Assembly (NCBI GenBank): GCA_964600985.1
Contig: CAZRJR010000001.1
Span: 45,319 to 109,318, forward strand
Reading direction: 5' to 3'
DNA length: 64,000 nt
DNA from: an uncultured Candidatus Saccharibacteria bacterium
GTDB lineage: Bacteria; Patescibacteriota; Saccharimonadia; CAILAD01; JADZBC01
Each line of letters begins with the position of its first letter. Position 1 is the stretch's first letter. Shown here piece by piece: positions 28,221 through 38,462 of the stretch. Below the pieces are notes generated by a model. The model had not been told where the DNA came from. It was given only the letters and a program-made list of their open reading frames with translations, and made no database searches. Made by a program: the position numbers and the translations under genes.

Positions 28221-28276
28221 ACCCGCTTGAGTCTCTCGGATGTCCTTTGTGGGACGGTAGAGAAACCCAGGCGGGT
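28221..28276 (-). terminator. Hairpin downstream of cassette D
   Basis: acccgcttgagtctctc...gagaaacccaggcgggt, followed on the minus strand by ttctctgttc. Confidence 0.55.
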
Positions 28277-28296
28277 GGTTGGGTGTGGTGCGTCGA

Positions 28297-28485
28297 CTAG
28301 CTCTGGATCACCTGCCAGCCCTGCAGATGGCGGTAGAACATCACTGCGATCATGAAGAGCACAACCACAATGACGACACACAGGAGTTTGCACAGGAGCT
28401 CCCGATCTCCCGCCTTGACTGCCGTGTCCTGACGATCGTGCAGGTATGGCTGGGTGTAGGGCGCGTAGGGCCAGTATTTACGCAT
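28297..28485 (-). CDS. 62-aa single-TM peptide (cassette D4)
   Basis: SD AAGAAGGTG; MRKYWP...LLCKLLCVVIVVVLFMIAVMF. Confidence 0.6.
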   Translation of the reverse strand: MRKYWPYAPYTQPYLHDRQDTAVKAGDRELLCKLLCVVIVVVLFMIAVMFYRHLQGWQVIQS

Positions 28486-28496
28486 ATCACCTTCTT

Positions 28497-28673
28497 TCAG
28501 AGGGTTGGCGCTGCCATCATGGCGATAACAGCGATGATGAACAGGATGGCGCAAGCACGCAACAGCGGTAGTAGAAGACATCGCCGACGTGGCCAGGTAA
28601 CGCTGGGTTGAACGGCTTGGCCAGGCCCTACGTAATGCACCCGCGGATGATCCGTGGTGTAGTGGCGCTGCAT
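28497..28673 (-). CDS. 58-aa single-TM peptide (cassette D3)
   Basis: Start overlaps the upstream stop (TGATG); C-terminal hydrophobic helix. Confidence 0.55.
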   Translation of the reverse strand: MQRHYTTDHPRVHYVGPGQAVQPSVTWPRRRCLLLPLLRACAILFIIAVIAMMAAPTL

Positions 28674-28759
28674 CACAGGGTCACGCTTCGTGCGCAAACT
28701 GCTAGCAAGAACCCCACCAGGATCACCAGGACCAGAAGGCCCCGACTGCCGATCGTCAT
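28673..28759 (-). CDS. 28-aa single-TM peptide (cassette D2), not in ORF track
   Basis: MTIGSRGLLVLVILVGFLLAVCARSVTL; ATGA overlap upstream and TGATG overlap downstream. Confidence 0.55.
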   Translation of the reverse strand: MTIGSRGLLVLVILVGFLLAVCARSVTL

Positions 28760-28932
28760 CGCGCCGTCGCCATGACGATGATCAATCCCGCGATGATGAG
28801 TAGCAGCAAGACCCGACGAAGTGACCTTGAAGTGTTAGACGAACTCGTCTGACACTCGTTCTGCCACCATGGCTTCGGAATGCCGTACCTCGGTTCGCCA
28901 AGGCGACCGTCTTCACCATCACTTCCTTCCAC
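28756..28932 (-). CDS. 58-aa single-TM peptide (cassette D1)
   Basis: AGGAGG at 28940-28945, 7 nt before the GTG; RRVLLLLIIAGLIIVM. Confidence 0.6.
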   Translation of the reverse strand: MEGSDGEDGRLGEPRYGIPKPWWQNECQTSSSNTSRSLRRVLLLLIIAGLIIVMATAR

Positions 28933-28996
28933 TACATTACCTCCTGATTGTCGGTATGTTTTTTGGTTATTTCCAGGTGCTAAACAGCGTGGCTCA

Positions 28997-29025
28997 ACTA
29001 TATTCTTGCAAAAAGGAAAAATCAA
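28997..29025 (-). promoter_or_regulatory. Promoter TTGATT-17-TATAGT
   Basis: Read directly. Confidence 0.65.
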
Positions 29026-29101
29026 TATATTTTCTCGATTGGTGTTTGTGCCGGATTAGCCTATAATAAAGCGTAAGAACTAAGATTAACCTGGGCGGCG
29101 G

Positions 29102-29920
29102 ATGAGTAATAGGGCTACATTGGTAGTGGCGAACTGGAAGATGCACCTGCGGGTGACGGAGAGCTTGGCGCTTGTGGAGCGCCTAGGTAAGCAAGTGGAG
29201 ACTAAGGCTAACACCGAGGTGGTGTTGTGTCCGCCAGTGAGTGCTGCAGGTACGATAAAGCTTTATATGGAGGCGCACGAGCTAGAATTCAGCCTGGGCG
29301 TACAGAATGTAAACGAGCGTGACGAAGGCGCATATACCGGCGAAGTATCTGCTGCTATGGTGCGGGGTTTAGCCAAATACGCCATTTGTGGTCATTCCGA
29401 GCGGCGTATATACAGTCGTGAAACAAGTAAACAGGTCGCAGCCAAAGTAGCGGCCTGTGTGCGCAATGGTATTCGACCAATTCTGTGTGTGGGCGAGAAT
29501 TTAACCGAGCGCGAGGCACGGCACGGTAAACGACGCGTGTTGGACCAGCTACGGGTGGGGTTGAGTCTAGTGCCGCGGAGTGAGGCTGGTGGGCTAGTAG
29601 TAGCTTACGAACCAGTCTGGGCCATTAGCACCACGAAGCATACTCGACACGCCAACCCTGACGACATTGCGCCTATGCTACAAGCTATTCGCCACGAGCT
29701 CGAGGAGATCTATGGCGAGGAGGTAGGCGCCCAAATTCGAGTGCTCTACGGGGGGAGTGTGGACAGCCATAATGCCGGTGCATACCTGGGTCTCGATGAT
29801 TGCCATGGGTTACTAGTAGGAAATGCAAGCCTAAATTGGGCAGAGTTTAGCGCTATAGTACGCACGGCCCAAGATCGCGACCGTGGACAGCCTCGACACC
29901 AAGCAGTTGGCGCCGTATAA
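29102..29920 (+). CDS. tpiA: Triosephosphate isomerase
   Basis: ANWKM, GAYTGEVS, GHSERR, AYEPVWAI, LYGGSV. Confidence 0.97.
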   Translation: MSNRATLVVANWKMHLRVTESLALVERLGKQVETKANTEVVLCPPVSAAGTIKLYMEAHELEFSLGVQNVNERDEGAYTGEVSAAMVRGLAKYAICGHSERRIYSRETSKQVAAKVAACVRNGIRPILCVGENLTEREARHGKRRVLDQLRVGLSLVPRSEAGGLVVAYEPVWAISTTKHTRHANPDDIAPMLQAIRHELEEIYGEEVGAQIRVLYGGSVDSHNAGAYLGLDDCHGLLVGNASLNWAEFSAIVRTAQDRDRGQPRHQAVGAV

Positions 29921-29965
29921 TACGGGGCAATAAACTAAGATTAGTAGTATCAGCAGGAGAAACAC

Positions 29966-30487
29966 ATGACCACACTAAGTTATGGCGAAAAAGCCCCCGA
30001 GGTAGTGAATGTAGTAATCGAAATCCAGCGTGGCGGACGCAATAAGTATGAGTACGACAAAGCAAGCGGACAGTTGGTGCTCGACCGAGTCAATGCTACT
30101 ATGCTGGGCTACCCGGCCGACTACGGCTATGTTCCTGGCACGCTCTGCGAAGATGGTGACCCAATTGATGCGCTGGTGGTGATCGACGAGTCTGTACCGC
30201 ATGGCGTAGTGGTGCCATGTCGGCCTGTAGGTGTGCTCTACATGGTGGATGGTGGCGAGAGCGACGAAAAGCTCATATGCGTGGCCGCCGATGACATTAC
30301 CAAGGACCATGTGCAATCGGTTGAGGACTTGGACGCCAACTTTAAACAGATTGTAGAGCACTACTATGCTCACTATAAGGACTGGAAGAAGGACTGGAAG
30401 GGTGCAGAAGTCAGCTTTAACGGTTGGGGTGACGCGAGTGAGGCTAGAAAGGCCATTGCTGATTCGATAGAGCGCGCTAAAGTTTAG
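29966..30487 (+). CDS. ppa: Inorganic pyrophosphatase (family I)
   Basis: KYEYDK, YPADYGYVPGTL.EDGDPIDALV, DEKL. Confidence 0.95.
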   Translation: MTTLSYGEKAPEVVNVVIEIQRGGRNKYEYDKASGQLVLDRVNATMLGYPADYGYVPGTLCEDGDPIDALVVIDESVPHGVVVPCRPVGVLYMVDGGESDEKLICVAADDITKDHVQSVEDLDANFKQIVEHYYAHYKDWKKDWKGAEVSFNGWGDASEARKAIADSIERAKV

Positions 30488-30559
30488 ACTGAAACCTTAC
30501 TCCTGGCCTCATAAAACTTCGACCTGGATACTGTAAAGCACAAGCTCTATAATAGTATT

Positions 30560-30862
30560 ATGTCAGCACATCGCTTATTCAGGAGAAATAAAAAAAGAGC
30601 TTTGAAATCCGGAAAGTCTGAATTTGATCGACTTGTCTACTTTGCAATCATAATCGGACCTTTACTCACACTTCCACAGATTTACACTATATGGGTCAAG
30701 GGCGAGAAGGGTGTCTCGGTTATTACATGGGGAGCATACTTGGTCGCGTCCGCGATATGGCTTATGTATGGACTGAAACACCGCGACAAGCCGATAATTG
30801 TGACGGAAGTAGTGTGGATAATCTTGGAGCTCTTCATTATAGCTGGTCTTCTAAGATTCTAG
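30560..30862 (+). CDS. PQ-loop/SemiSWEET-like membrane protein
   Basis: TLPQIY, GVS..TW, WLMYG. Confidence 0.75.
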   Translation: MSAHRLFRRNKKRALKSGKSEFDRLVYFAIIIGPLLTLPQIYTIWVKGEKGVSVITWGAYLVASAIWLMYGLKHRDKPIIVTEVVWIILELFIIAGLLRF

Positions 30863-30913
30863 AATTGCCTCGTTGCTTTGAGGCTGTAACAGGTTAGAAG
30901 TTACGAAATTTGA

Positions 30914-30942
30914 TTGACAGACGAACACATTTTTAATACACT
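30914..30942 (+). promoter_or_regulatory. Promoter TTGACA-17-TACACT followed by a long leader
   Basis: Read directly upstream of the Rpf-like gene. Confidence 0.7.
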
Positions 30943-31088
30943 AAAGCCAATATAAAAAGCCAAATGCCAAAGCTATTCTCCCGGCAATTACAGAAGACCT
31001 AGTAAGGGAGCAAAAACAAAAGCCTATTCACTAACGAAAGAGGCTTATTATTTTACCTAGTTACAGACGTTACGGACGCAATCAGCCA

Positions 31089-32300
31089 ATGGGGCTAAAG
31101 GGGGCACGATCTCCGCTCCAGCGCTTACTAACACGGGCCAAGGCCTACATAACTCCGCGCAAGCTTATGGCGGGCGGAGCTGTTTTGGCGTTGGCGCTGC
31201 TCACTAATGCCTACGCGCAGAACAAACTTACCCTTAATAGCAAAGCCTACGCTGATGGTCAACACCTAGTAAGCGTGTATGTAGACGGCAACAAGCGTGT
31301 GGTCGCTACCTCGGCTAGTACAGTGGGGGCGGCTCTCGAGCAAATTAAAGTAGATTTGGGTAAGGGCGATGTGGTGGAGCCGGTGCTGACTACGGTGGTG
31401 GATCAGCCAATGTTTAACGTGAACATATATCGTGCTATGCCTGCTACTATATTCGATGATGGTAAGAGGGTGCAGGTACTGACTGGGTACCAGTCCCCGC
31501 GCCAGATTGTAACAGCTGCTGGACTAACTACTTACCCCGAAGACCTAGTGCAGATGGACCGTGTAGACGACTTTGCACTTGGCGACACGGTAGGCCGACA
31601 GATTACCATAACTCGGGCTAAGCCGGTACAGGTGATCCTGGCAGGTCAGGTGTATAACTTCCGTACTCAAAAAGCTACGGTGGGTGAGCTGTTCACCGAA
31701 AAAGGCCTGCAGGTAAGCGCCAGCGATGTAGTAAACACCGGCCTCAGCGAGCCACTTAGTTCGGGCCAGCGCATAGTTGTAAATCGCCTAAGCCAGAGCA
31801 TTGCGCAGTCCAAAGAGCCAATCCCAGCCGGTGTAAGTTATGAGTATGACGCGAACCAGCCAGTAGGCTATACAGCGGTAAAGCAAGCTGGTAAGGACGG
31901 TACCAAGATTGTGAGCTACCTGGTAAACCTTACGAATGGCGCCGAGACGAGCAGAAGCAGGTTGGACGAGAAGGTGCTCGAGCCTGCTGTAGCGCGTGTG
32001 ATAGTCAAAGGGAGTAAAACTGACGCTATTGGTGATAATGCAACTCTGTTATATAAGTTGAGGATGTGTGAGGCGGGGGGTGATTACAGTAAAAATACAG
32101 GCAATGGTTTTTATGGTGCATATCAATTCATGGACAGTACGTGGGATAAGTATGGTACGGGTTACGCTCTTGCATCCGACGCACCCCCTGCTATTCAGGA
32201 TTCTATAGCTCTTCGAAATGCTCGCGCTAGTGCTGGAGGATTTTGGTCTCAACATCCGGGGTGCTCAAAGATCCTTGGACTGCCGAAGTTTCCTTATTAG
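31089..32300 (+). CDS. RpfB/YabE-like protein (DUF348 repeats, G5, Rpf transglycosylase)
   Basis: TVGAAL/TVGELF repeats, G5 (KQAGKDG), CEAGGDY..NTGNGFYGAYQF..STW; adjacent to rsmA. Confidence 0.88.
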   Translation: MGLKGARSPLQRLLTRAKAYITPRKLMAGGAVLALALLTNAYAQNKLTLNSKAYADGQHLVSVYVDGNKRVVATSASTVGAALEQIKVDLGKGDVVEPVLTTVVDQPMFNVNIYRAMPATIFDDGKRVQVLTGYQSPRQIVTAAGLTTYPEDLVQMDRVDDFALGDTVGRQITITRAKPVQVILAGQVYNFRTQKATVGELFTEKGLQVSASDVVNTGLSEPLSSGQRIVVNRLSQSIAQSKEPIPAGVSYEYDANQPVGYTAVKQAGKDGTKIVSYLVNLTNGAETSRSRLDEKVLEPAVARVIVKGSKTDAIGDNATLLYKLRMCEAGGDYSKNTGNGFYGAYQFMDSTWDKYGTGYALASDAPPAIQDSIALRNARASAGGFWSQHPGCSKILGLPKFPY

Positions 32301-32312
32301 GTATAGTTTTAA

Positions 32313-33131
32313 ATGGACTTATCGGATCGTAAAAATCTTAAATTAGCACTTAAGCTATCGGGTTTGGAAGCCAAAAAGTCGTACGGGCAAAATTTTTTGA
32401 TCGACCGAGACGCTTTGGCACGAATTGTAGGCGCAGCTCAGCTGCAGCCGACCGATACTGTGCTTGAAATCGGTCCAGGACTTGGCGTGCTTACCGATGA
32501 ACTCGTAAAACGGGCTGGGCGCGTAGTAGCAGTCGAGGCTGATGCCGAGCTGGCAGAACTGCTAGTGCGCAGAATGCCCAACAATGCTGAGATTGTGCAG
32601 GCTGATGCGCTCACCTATGACCTTAGTGTATTGCCGGCGGGGTACAAAGTGGTTGCAAACCTGCCATACTACATAACCTCGGCTCTCCTGCGCTCACTCC
32701 TGGAAGCAAACAACAAACCCACGAGCATTACAGTGTTAGTACAAAAGGAAGTCGCAGAGCGCATAATTGCCAAGCCGGGCAATATGTCGATATTAGCTTG
32801 CAGCGTGCAGTACTATGGCACACCAAGCTTGGTAGATATAGTTCCTGCCAGCAGCTTCTACCCTGCACCTAAGGTTGACTCAGCTATTTTGCACATTGAC
32901 CTCCATACCGAGCCGGCTTTCGCGGCTGATCCTAAATTGCTCTTTCGATTAATTAAGGCTGGCTTTGGCGAAAAGCGCAAAATGCTCCGTAATTCGTTGG
33001 CCGGCGGGCTGGCAATAACGTCCGCCGAGGCAGTAACGCTGATTGATCAAGCGGGCCTCAGGGAGACTGCCCGGGCGCAAGAGCTTGCTATGACCGATTG
33101 GCAGCGCTTGTATCATGCGCTCTATGTGTAG
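32313..33131 (+). CDS. rsmA: 16S rRNA dimethyladenosine transferase
   Basis: KKSYGQNFL, LEIGPGLG, VANLPYYIT, QKEVAER, PAPKVDS. Confidence 0.96.
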   Translation: MDLSDRKNLKLALKLSGLEAKKSYGQNFLIDRDALARIVGAAQLQPTDTVLEIGPGLGVLTDELVKRAGRVVAVEADAELAELLVRRMPNNAEIVQADALTYDLSVLPAGYKVVANLPYYITSALLRSLLEANNKPTSITVLVQKEVAERIIAKPGNMSILACSVQYYGTPSLVDIVPASSFYPAPKVDSAILHIDLHTEPAFAADPKLLFRLIKAGFGEKRKMLRNSLAGGLAITSAEAVTLIDQAGLRETARAQELAMTDWQRLYHALYV

Positions 33132-33185
33132 TTCGATCTAGAGACTAACCTGAGCCGTGCTTAGGGCTTATGCTACAATAAGCAT

Positions 33186-35210
33186 ATGCGCTTTACTCGT
33201 TCTAAATCTCGTTTTCGTCGCCTGCGCGGACTTATGCTTATGCTGTTTGGATTGGCGCTCGTTAGCTTCGGCGCCCATAAGCTCTACGCTCAGAGTGATT
33301 TTGCAATCGACACCACGGTGACTTACCAAGTAGAAAGTACCGGTAGCACCAAGGTGATAGAGCAATACTCGGTGGCCGGGGCAGCTAGCAACAAGTACCT
33401 CGATAGCATTACGCTGTCTACGCCGGTCGATGATGCCAAGAACGTTAGCGCGGCCTATGCAGATGGTACAGCTATCCCGACCACTGTAGCTACCAAGAGC
33501 TCGGACCAGCAGGGCTACACATATAACTATGTCGAAGTTACGCTAAAGTTTCCACGCAAGAACGTTGGCGCTACGCCTTGGCAGTTTAGCCTAAGTTATG
33601 ACACACTCAAGCTGGTTGACACCAAGGGCACGGCACATACAGTATATGTGCCGGCTATTGCCGCCAGCGCTCAGCAAGACGCTAATTATACCGTGTATGT
33701 AACGGTTCCTAAGGACTTTGCTATGCCACACAGTTCGGGTGTAGTGCCTACCTCCGAAGGTATCACCAACGGTCGCGCTAAGTACAGTTTTACCCAGCAA
33801 GACCTGGCCAAGCAAGCGATCGCACTTACCTTCGGCGATCAAACAGTGTATAACGTGAATTTTAATTTCCCGTTGCGCAATGACGGCGCCGTAGCGCGTA
33901 CTATGACGGTTACGTTGCCGCCCGATACATCGAGCCAAAAGGTGTACATAAACTCACTCGATCCTAAGCCGAAAGCAACCCGACTCGATAGCGACGGCAA
34001 TATATTAGCCGACTTTACGGTACCTGCCCGCACCACTATTACGGTCAAAACTAATATTTCCGCAGTCGTAAAGTACTTAGAATACGACCTTTCGGCTGGC
34101 GGTGCCAAGGGCGACATCCCGGCTGATTTGGTAAAGACATATACAGCTCACACCCGTTATTGGCAGACTCTCGATCCAGATATAGTAATCAAAGCCAAGC
34201 AGGCAGCTGCTGACATACCTAAGGTCGCCGACCAGATCAAGGCCATCCAGAAGACGGTGGTGGATACCTTGTCATATAACGATAAGAAGATCAAGTACAA
34301 TGTGCGCCAGGGTGCCGCCAAGGCATTGCAGAACCCGACCAACGCGGTGTGCTTGGAGTATTCAGATCTCATGATTGCTTTGCTGCGTGCCCAAGGAATT
34401 CCGGCTCGTATGCCGGTTGGATATGCCTATACCGGGGATTTAAAGGCCTCGAAGGCCGTATCGGATTCGCTGCATTCTTGGGTAGAGGCATACATTCCTA
34501 ATGTGGGCTGGATAAACGTCGATCCTACATGGGGCGAAAAGTATGATAATTTCGGCAAGAGCGACTTGGATCACTTGGCCTTCGCGTTGTGGGGTGCGAG
34601 CGATAGTAGTCCGGCAGCTGTCATGGTAGGCACGGCTGACACCGGCTACCAGTACGAAGCTACGACTATTAGTTATGCGGGCGAATTACCTAAGCCAAAG
34701 TTAACTAATGCCGTGGTCGGTACACGCTGGGTGATTTTGCCCTACGTAAGCGTGGTACAGTACAAAGTTAGTGGCCCTGCAGGAGTAGCTGGCGACAATT
34801 ACGAACTCGTGGTAAGCGGCGCGCTCAACAAAACAATTGAGTTAGGTTCGCTAGCACCTAGCCAGCAAGTGGCGGGCTATATGCCACTAGTGGGCGCCGG
34901 TTACTTGGGCGCCGTAAACTTAGCGTTCAAGCAAACTGGTGATGTGCCCTCGGCACTAAGTAGTGCTAGTGCTCAGTCGAACTACTTGCCGCTGATAGGG
35001 ATAATTGCGCTTGTGATTGTGATCTGCTTGCTGCTGCTGTTAAAATGGATACTTAAACGCCGCAAGGCTCGCGCCAACGCCGCTTTGTGGAAGGGTGGTA
35101 AGCCCGAAGAGCGAGAGCAAGCGGCAGAACGTAGTACCGAAGAAATACTCAAGGACATATCTGTCCGCACCAAGAAGATTCAAAATGACTCCGACCAATC
35201 AGCCAAGTAA
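33186..35210 (+). CDS. Transglutaminase-like membrane protein
   Basis: AVCLEYS..RAQGIPAR..HSWVE..GWINVDPTW triad; N- and C-terminal TMs. Confidence 0.88.
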   Translation: MRFTRSKSRFRRLRGLMLMLFGLALVSFGAHKLYAQSDFAIDTTVTYQVESTGSTKVIEQYSVAGAASNKYLDSITLSTPVDDAKNVSAAYADGTAIPTTVATKSSDQQGYTYNYVEVTLKFPRKNVGATPWQFSLSYDTLKLVDTKGTAHTVYVPAIAASAQQDANYTVYVTVPKDFAMPHSSGVVPTSEGITNGRAKYSFTQQDLAKQAIALTFGDQTVYNVNFNFPLRNDGAVARTMTVTLPPDTSSQKVYINSLDPKPKATRLDSDGNILADFTVPARTTITVKTNISAVVKYLEYDLSAGGAKGDIPADLVKTYTAHTRYWQTLDPDIVIKAKQAAADIPKVADQIKAIQKTVVDTLSYNDKKIKYNVRQGAAKALQNPTNAVCLEYSDLMIALLRAQGIPARMPVGYAYTGDLKASKAVSDSLHSWVEAYIPNVGWINVDPTWGEKYDNFGKSDLDHLAFALWGASDSSPAAVMVGTADTGYQYEATTISYAGELPKPKLTNAVVGTRWVILPYVSVVQYKVSGPAGVAGDNYELVVSGALNKTIELGSLAPSQQVAGYMPLVGAGYLGAVNLAFKQTGDVPSALSSASAQSNYLPLIGIIALVIVICLLLLLKWILKRRKARANAALWKGGKPEEREQAAERSTEEILKDISVRTKKIQNDSDQSAK

Positions 35211-36666
35211 GTTTTATGTAACCACGCCGATTTACTACATTAATGATCGGCCGCATGTTGGTCATGCTTATTCTACGATTGCGGCCGATGTACTGGCTCG
35301 TCATTGGCGTACCAAGCTGGGGGTGGAGAATGTAAGGTTCTCGACGGGCACTGACGAAAACTCCAAAAAAACAATCGAGGCCGCTGAGCAAGCTGGTAAA
35401 GACGTTGGTGCATACACTGACGATATGTCGCGGCTATGGCGCTCTACTTGGGACGAGCTCGGCATTAGTTATGACGACTTTGTGCGTACGAGCGAGGGTA
35501 GGCACCAGGTAAGTGTAGAGAGTTTAATAACCAAGATTTACGATGCAGGCGACATAAGCAAGGGAAACTACGAAGGTCCATATTGCTTCCGCTGCGAGGC
35601 CTTTTATAAGCCAGAAGAATTAGTGGATGGTGATTGCCCGATTCACAAAAAGCCAGTTGAAATTGTTAGCGAAGCCAACTATTTCTTTGATCTGCCCAAG
35701 TACGGTGAGCGGGTTAAACAGGCAATTAGCAGCGGAGAACTTGAGGTTCTACCATTGTCGCGCCGCAACGAGGTGCTGGCGTTTATAGATCGTGGATTGG
35801 AGAAGATTTCGATCTCGCGCGCCAATCAAGAAATTGGCCTGGAGCTGCCGTTTGATCGAACGCAAAAAACATACGTCTGGGTAGAGGCACTCATAAACTA
35901 CTTAACCGTCGCCGGCTACCCCGATATCACCTACTCACAGTGGTGGAGTAATTTGACCCATATTGTTGGTAAGGACATCATTAAATTCCACTGCATTATA
36001 TGGCCGGCTATGCTCTTGAGTGCCGGCTTAGAGCTACCAAAACGAGTTTTTGCCCACGGTTTCTTTACTATCGATGGCGAGAAGATCTCTAAGAGCTTGG
36101 GCAATACGATCGATCCAATCAAGGTAAGAGATGAGTATGGCAATGATGCGCTGCGCTACTTTTTGCTTCGCGAAATTCCGTTTGGTGCCGATGGCGATTA
36201 CTCCAATGAGCGATTCAATACGGTGTATGAGACTGAGCTTGCCAACGATCTAGGCAACCTTGTGCAGCGTGTGGCGGTGATGACAGCTAAATACTGTGAC
36301 GGAAGGTTTGTGGCTCAGGCTGTTAGCAGACCTCAGACTGTCAATGAAAAAATCGAAGAACTTAAGTTTGATGATGCGCTACGTGAAATATTTGCAGTTG
36401 TTAAAGAACAGAACCAGAATATCGAAGAAGCCAAACCTTGGCAGCTAGCTAAGACCGACCCACAAGCAACTCAGAAGTTGCTGAATGGCATTATTGTCGA
36501 ATTACTGTGGGTTGCCCGTTTACTTAAACCATTCTTGCCAGATACGGCAAAGAAAATTCAAGACACCTTTGCTGACGGCAAAGTCGATTCAGAGGTTGGT
36601 ATTCTGTTCCCACGGGTTGAAGTGGGCGGTTCTACACAATCGAGTGGCGGAGACAATAATGAATAG
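35185..36666 (+). CDS. metG: Methionyl-tRNA synthetase
   Basis: TTPIYY..PHVGHAY, GTDE, GKDI.KFH, KISKSLGN. Confidence 0.96.
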   Translation: MTPTNQPSKFYVTTPIYYINDRPHVGHAYSTIAADVLARHWRTKLGVENVRFSTGTDENSKKTIEAAEQAGKDVGAYTDDMSRLWRSTWDELGISYDDFVRTSEGRHQVSVESLITKIYDAGDISKGNYEGPYCFRCEAFYKPEELVDGDCPIHKKPVEIVSEANYFFDLPKYGERVKQAISSGELEVLPLSRRNEVLAFIDRGLEKISISRANQEIGLELPFDRTQKTYVWVEALINYLTVAGYPDITYSQWWSNLTHIVGKDIIKFHCIIWPAMLLSAGLELPKRVFAHGFFTIDGEKISKSLGNTIDPIKVRDEYGNDALRYFLLREIPFGADGDYSNERFNTVYETELANDLGNLVQRVAVMTAKYCDGRFVAQAVSRPQTVNEKIEELKFDDALREIFAVVKEQNQNIEEAKPWQLAKTDPQATQKLLNGIIVELLWVARLLKPFLPDTAKKIQDTFADGKVDSEVGILFPRVEVGGSTQSSGGDNNE

Positions 36667-37108
36667 TAATGACGATGTACGACATACGCAAGAACAGAGA
36701 GTAGACGACTTGATTCGCCCGCTTTTATATGGCGTAATGGCTACCGTCTCACCCCAAGGCAAGCCACAGTCAGCTGTGGTTGCTTTTTCTCAAACCGATC
36801 AATTAGAGCTCATTGTGGCTACAGGTAGTGATACACGCAAGTTTATTAATCTGAGTGCAAACCCATCCGTTGCTATGACAATTGGTTGGGATGATTGGGT
36901 TACGGTACAGTATGAGGGGATAGGGCAAATTCTCAAGGACGAAGAAGCAGAGCGGGCCAAGGCAATTCATATTGCCAAACACCCTGGTTCTGCTGAGCAT
37001 GCCAATAAGCCTACAGAGCGCTACATACACATCAAGCCAAGCTGGATTCGCTACTCGGATTTGTCAAAACATCCTGCAGAGGTGTTTGAGTTACGCTATG
37101 CTGATTGA
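36659..37108 (+). CDS. Pyridoxamine 5'-phosphate oxidase-family protein
   Basis: VMATV..GKPQSAVV, TRKFINL.ANPSVA, TVQYEG. Confidence 0.8.
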   Translation: MNSNDDVRHTQEQRVDDLIRPLLYGVMATVSPQGKPQSAVVAFSQTDQLELIVATGSDTRKFINLSANPSVAMTIGWDDWVTVQYEGIGQILKDEEAERAKAIHIAKHPGSAEHANKPTERYIHIKPSWIRYSDLSKHPAEVFELRYAD

Positions 37109-37883
37109 TACCCACGCCCATATTCACTTCGACGACTATAAAGATGACTTGCCTGCTGTACTAGCAAACGCCAAGGCCAACGGTGTGGAGCGAATTATTT
37201 GTGTGGGTACCAATGAGTTAGACTCGCACAGAGCACTCGATTTTGTAACTGACGAGCTGGTGTCTAAACAGGCTAAGGGTGTCGCGCTTGCGGCGACTGT
37301 GGGGCTGCACCCTCATGAAGCTCATAAAGGTCAGTCAGCGCTGGAAGCCATTGCCTTCTTACTTAACGTGGGTCAGCCCGTAGCGATTGGGGAGTGCGGC
37401 TTAGATTACTACCGCAATCTTTCTACTAAAGAACAACAACATACTGCACTGGAGTTTCAAATCAGATTGGCACTTGAACATAACTTGCCACTAGTGTTTC
37501 ATGTGCGAGAAGCTTGGGATGACTTCTTTGCAATGGTGCAAAAGTATCCCGATCTGCGTGGCGTAATTCATAGCTTTACCGGTGGCCCACACGAGGTAGA
37601 GCGCGCTATGCAGCACAATCTTTATTTTGGGCTAAATGGGATCATGACATTTACTAAGGATACTCAGCAGCTCGAAGCTGCTAAGCTCATCCCATTGGAT
37701 CGCTTACTGCTCGAAACCGACTCTCCATACCTGTCGCCAGCCCCACTACGGGGCAAGCGCAATGAACCGGCCAATGTAGCGGTGATCGCACGATTCTTAG
37801 CAGATTTGCGGGGCGAAGATTTCGCAGATCAAGTTGAGGCTACAGGCAAAAATGCGCAAAAGTTATTTGGCGGCACAGCATGA
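37098..37883 (+). CDS. tatD: TatD family hydrolase
   Basis: IDTHAH, GLHPH, IGECGLDY, HVREA, HSFTG, LETDSPYL. Confidence 0.95.
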   Translation: MLIDTHAHIHFDDYKDDLPAVLANAKANGVERIICVGTNELDSHRALDFVTDELVSKQAKGVALAATVGLHPHEAHKGQSALEAIAFLLNVGQPVAIGECGLDYYRNLSTKEQQHTALEFQIRLALEHNLPLVFHVREAWDDFFAMVQKYPDLRGVIHSFTGGPHEVERAMQHNLYFGLNGIMTFTKDTQQLEAAKLIPLDRLLLETDSPYLSPAPLRGKRNEPANVAVIARFLADLRGEDFADQVEATGKNAQKLFGGTA

Positions 37884-38443
37884 GGCCGGATCATGGTGGG
37901 TTGCCAGAAGAACCGAAAGATCCTCGTCGGAAGGACCTTGGGCCGGCGACTATGGAGCAAAAAGATGAGGTTCGAAATTTGGCAAGGTCTATTTTAAATA
38001 GGGTGCGACCGAAGGGCGCAGAGGTACCTGCGAGAGAGCATATTAGGGCTACCTTGCCAGACGGCCGAATGATGCATATAAAGTTTGTAAACCAACCAGT
38101 GGCGAGTGAGCCGGTATGGAGCTGCATGATCGTAAGCCGCTTAGATGGCAAAACAACCCAAGCAGTAGAGTATGAAATTATCTATGATCGCGACGAAAAC
38201 TTTCCCTTTATTCAGCATGTAGATATTACCAGCGTTGAAGACACTATAGGGTTTCTAGATGGTAAAGAGGATGATGTGATTGCATGGGGCGAGAGATTGA
38301 AGGAAGAGAAAGCCGAGCGTTATGCTAAGGATGACATGCTTATGAACCCCACGGTCAGTGCGGTCGAAGCAAGAAGTTTGGCGCATGACATCGACACCAT
38401 GACCCACTTATCTGACGACCAGATATTCTATTCTCGGCTATAA
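37880..38443 (+). CDS. Hypothetical protein
   Basis: 187 aa ORF coupled to tatD by an ATGA overlap. Confidence 0.6.
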   Translation: MRPDHGGLPEEPKDPRRKDLGPATMEQKDEVRNLARSILNRVRPKGAEVPAREHIRATLPDGRMMHIKFVNQPVASEPVWSCMIVSRLDGKTTQAVEYEIIYDRDENFPFIQHVDITSVEDTIGFLDGKEDDVIAWGERLKEEKAERYAKDDMLMNPTVSAVEARSLAHDIDTMTHLSDDQIFYSRL

Positions 38444-38462
38444 TCTGCTAGAATAATGCGCT

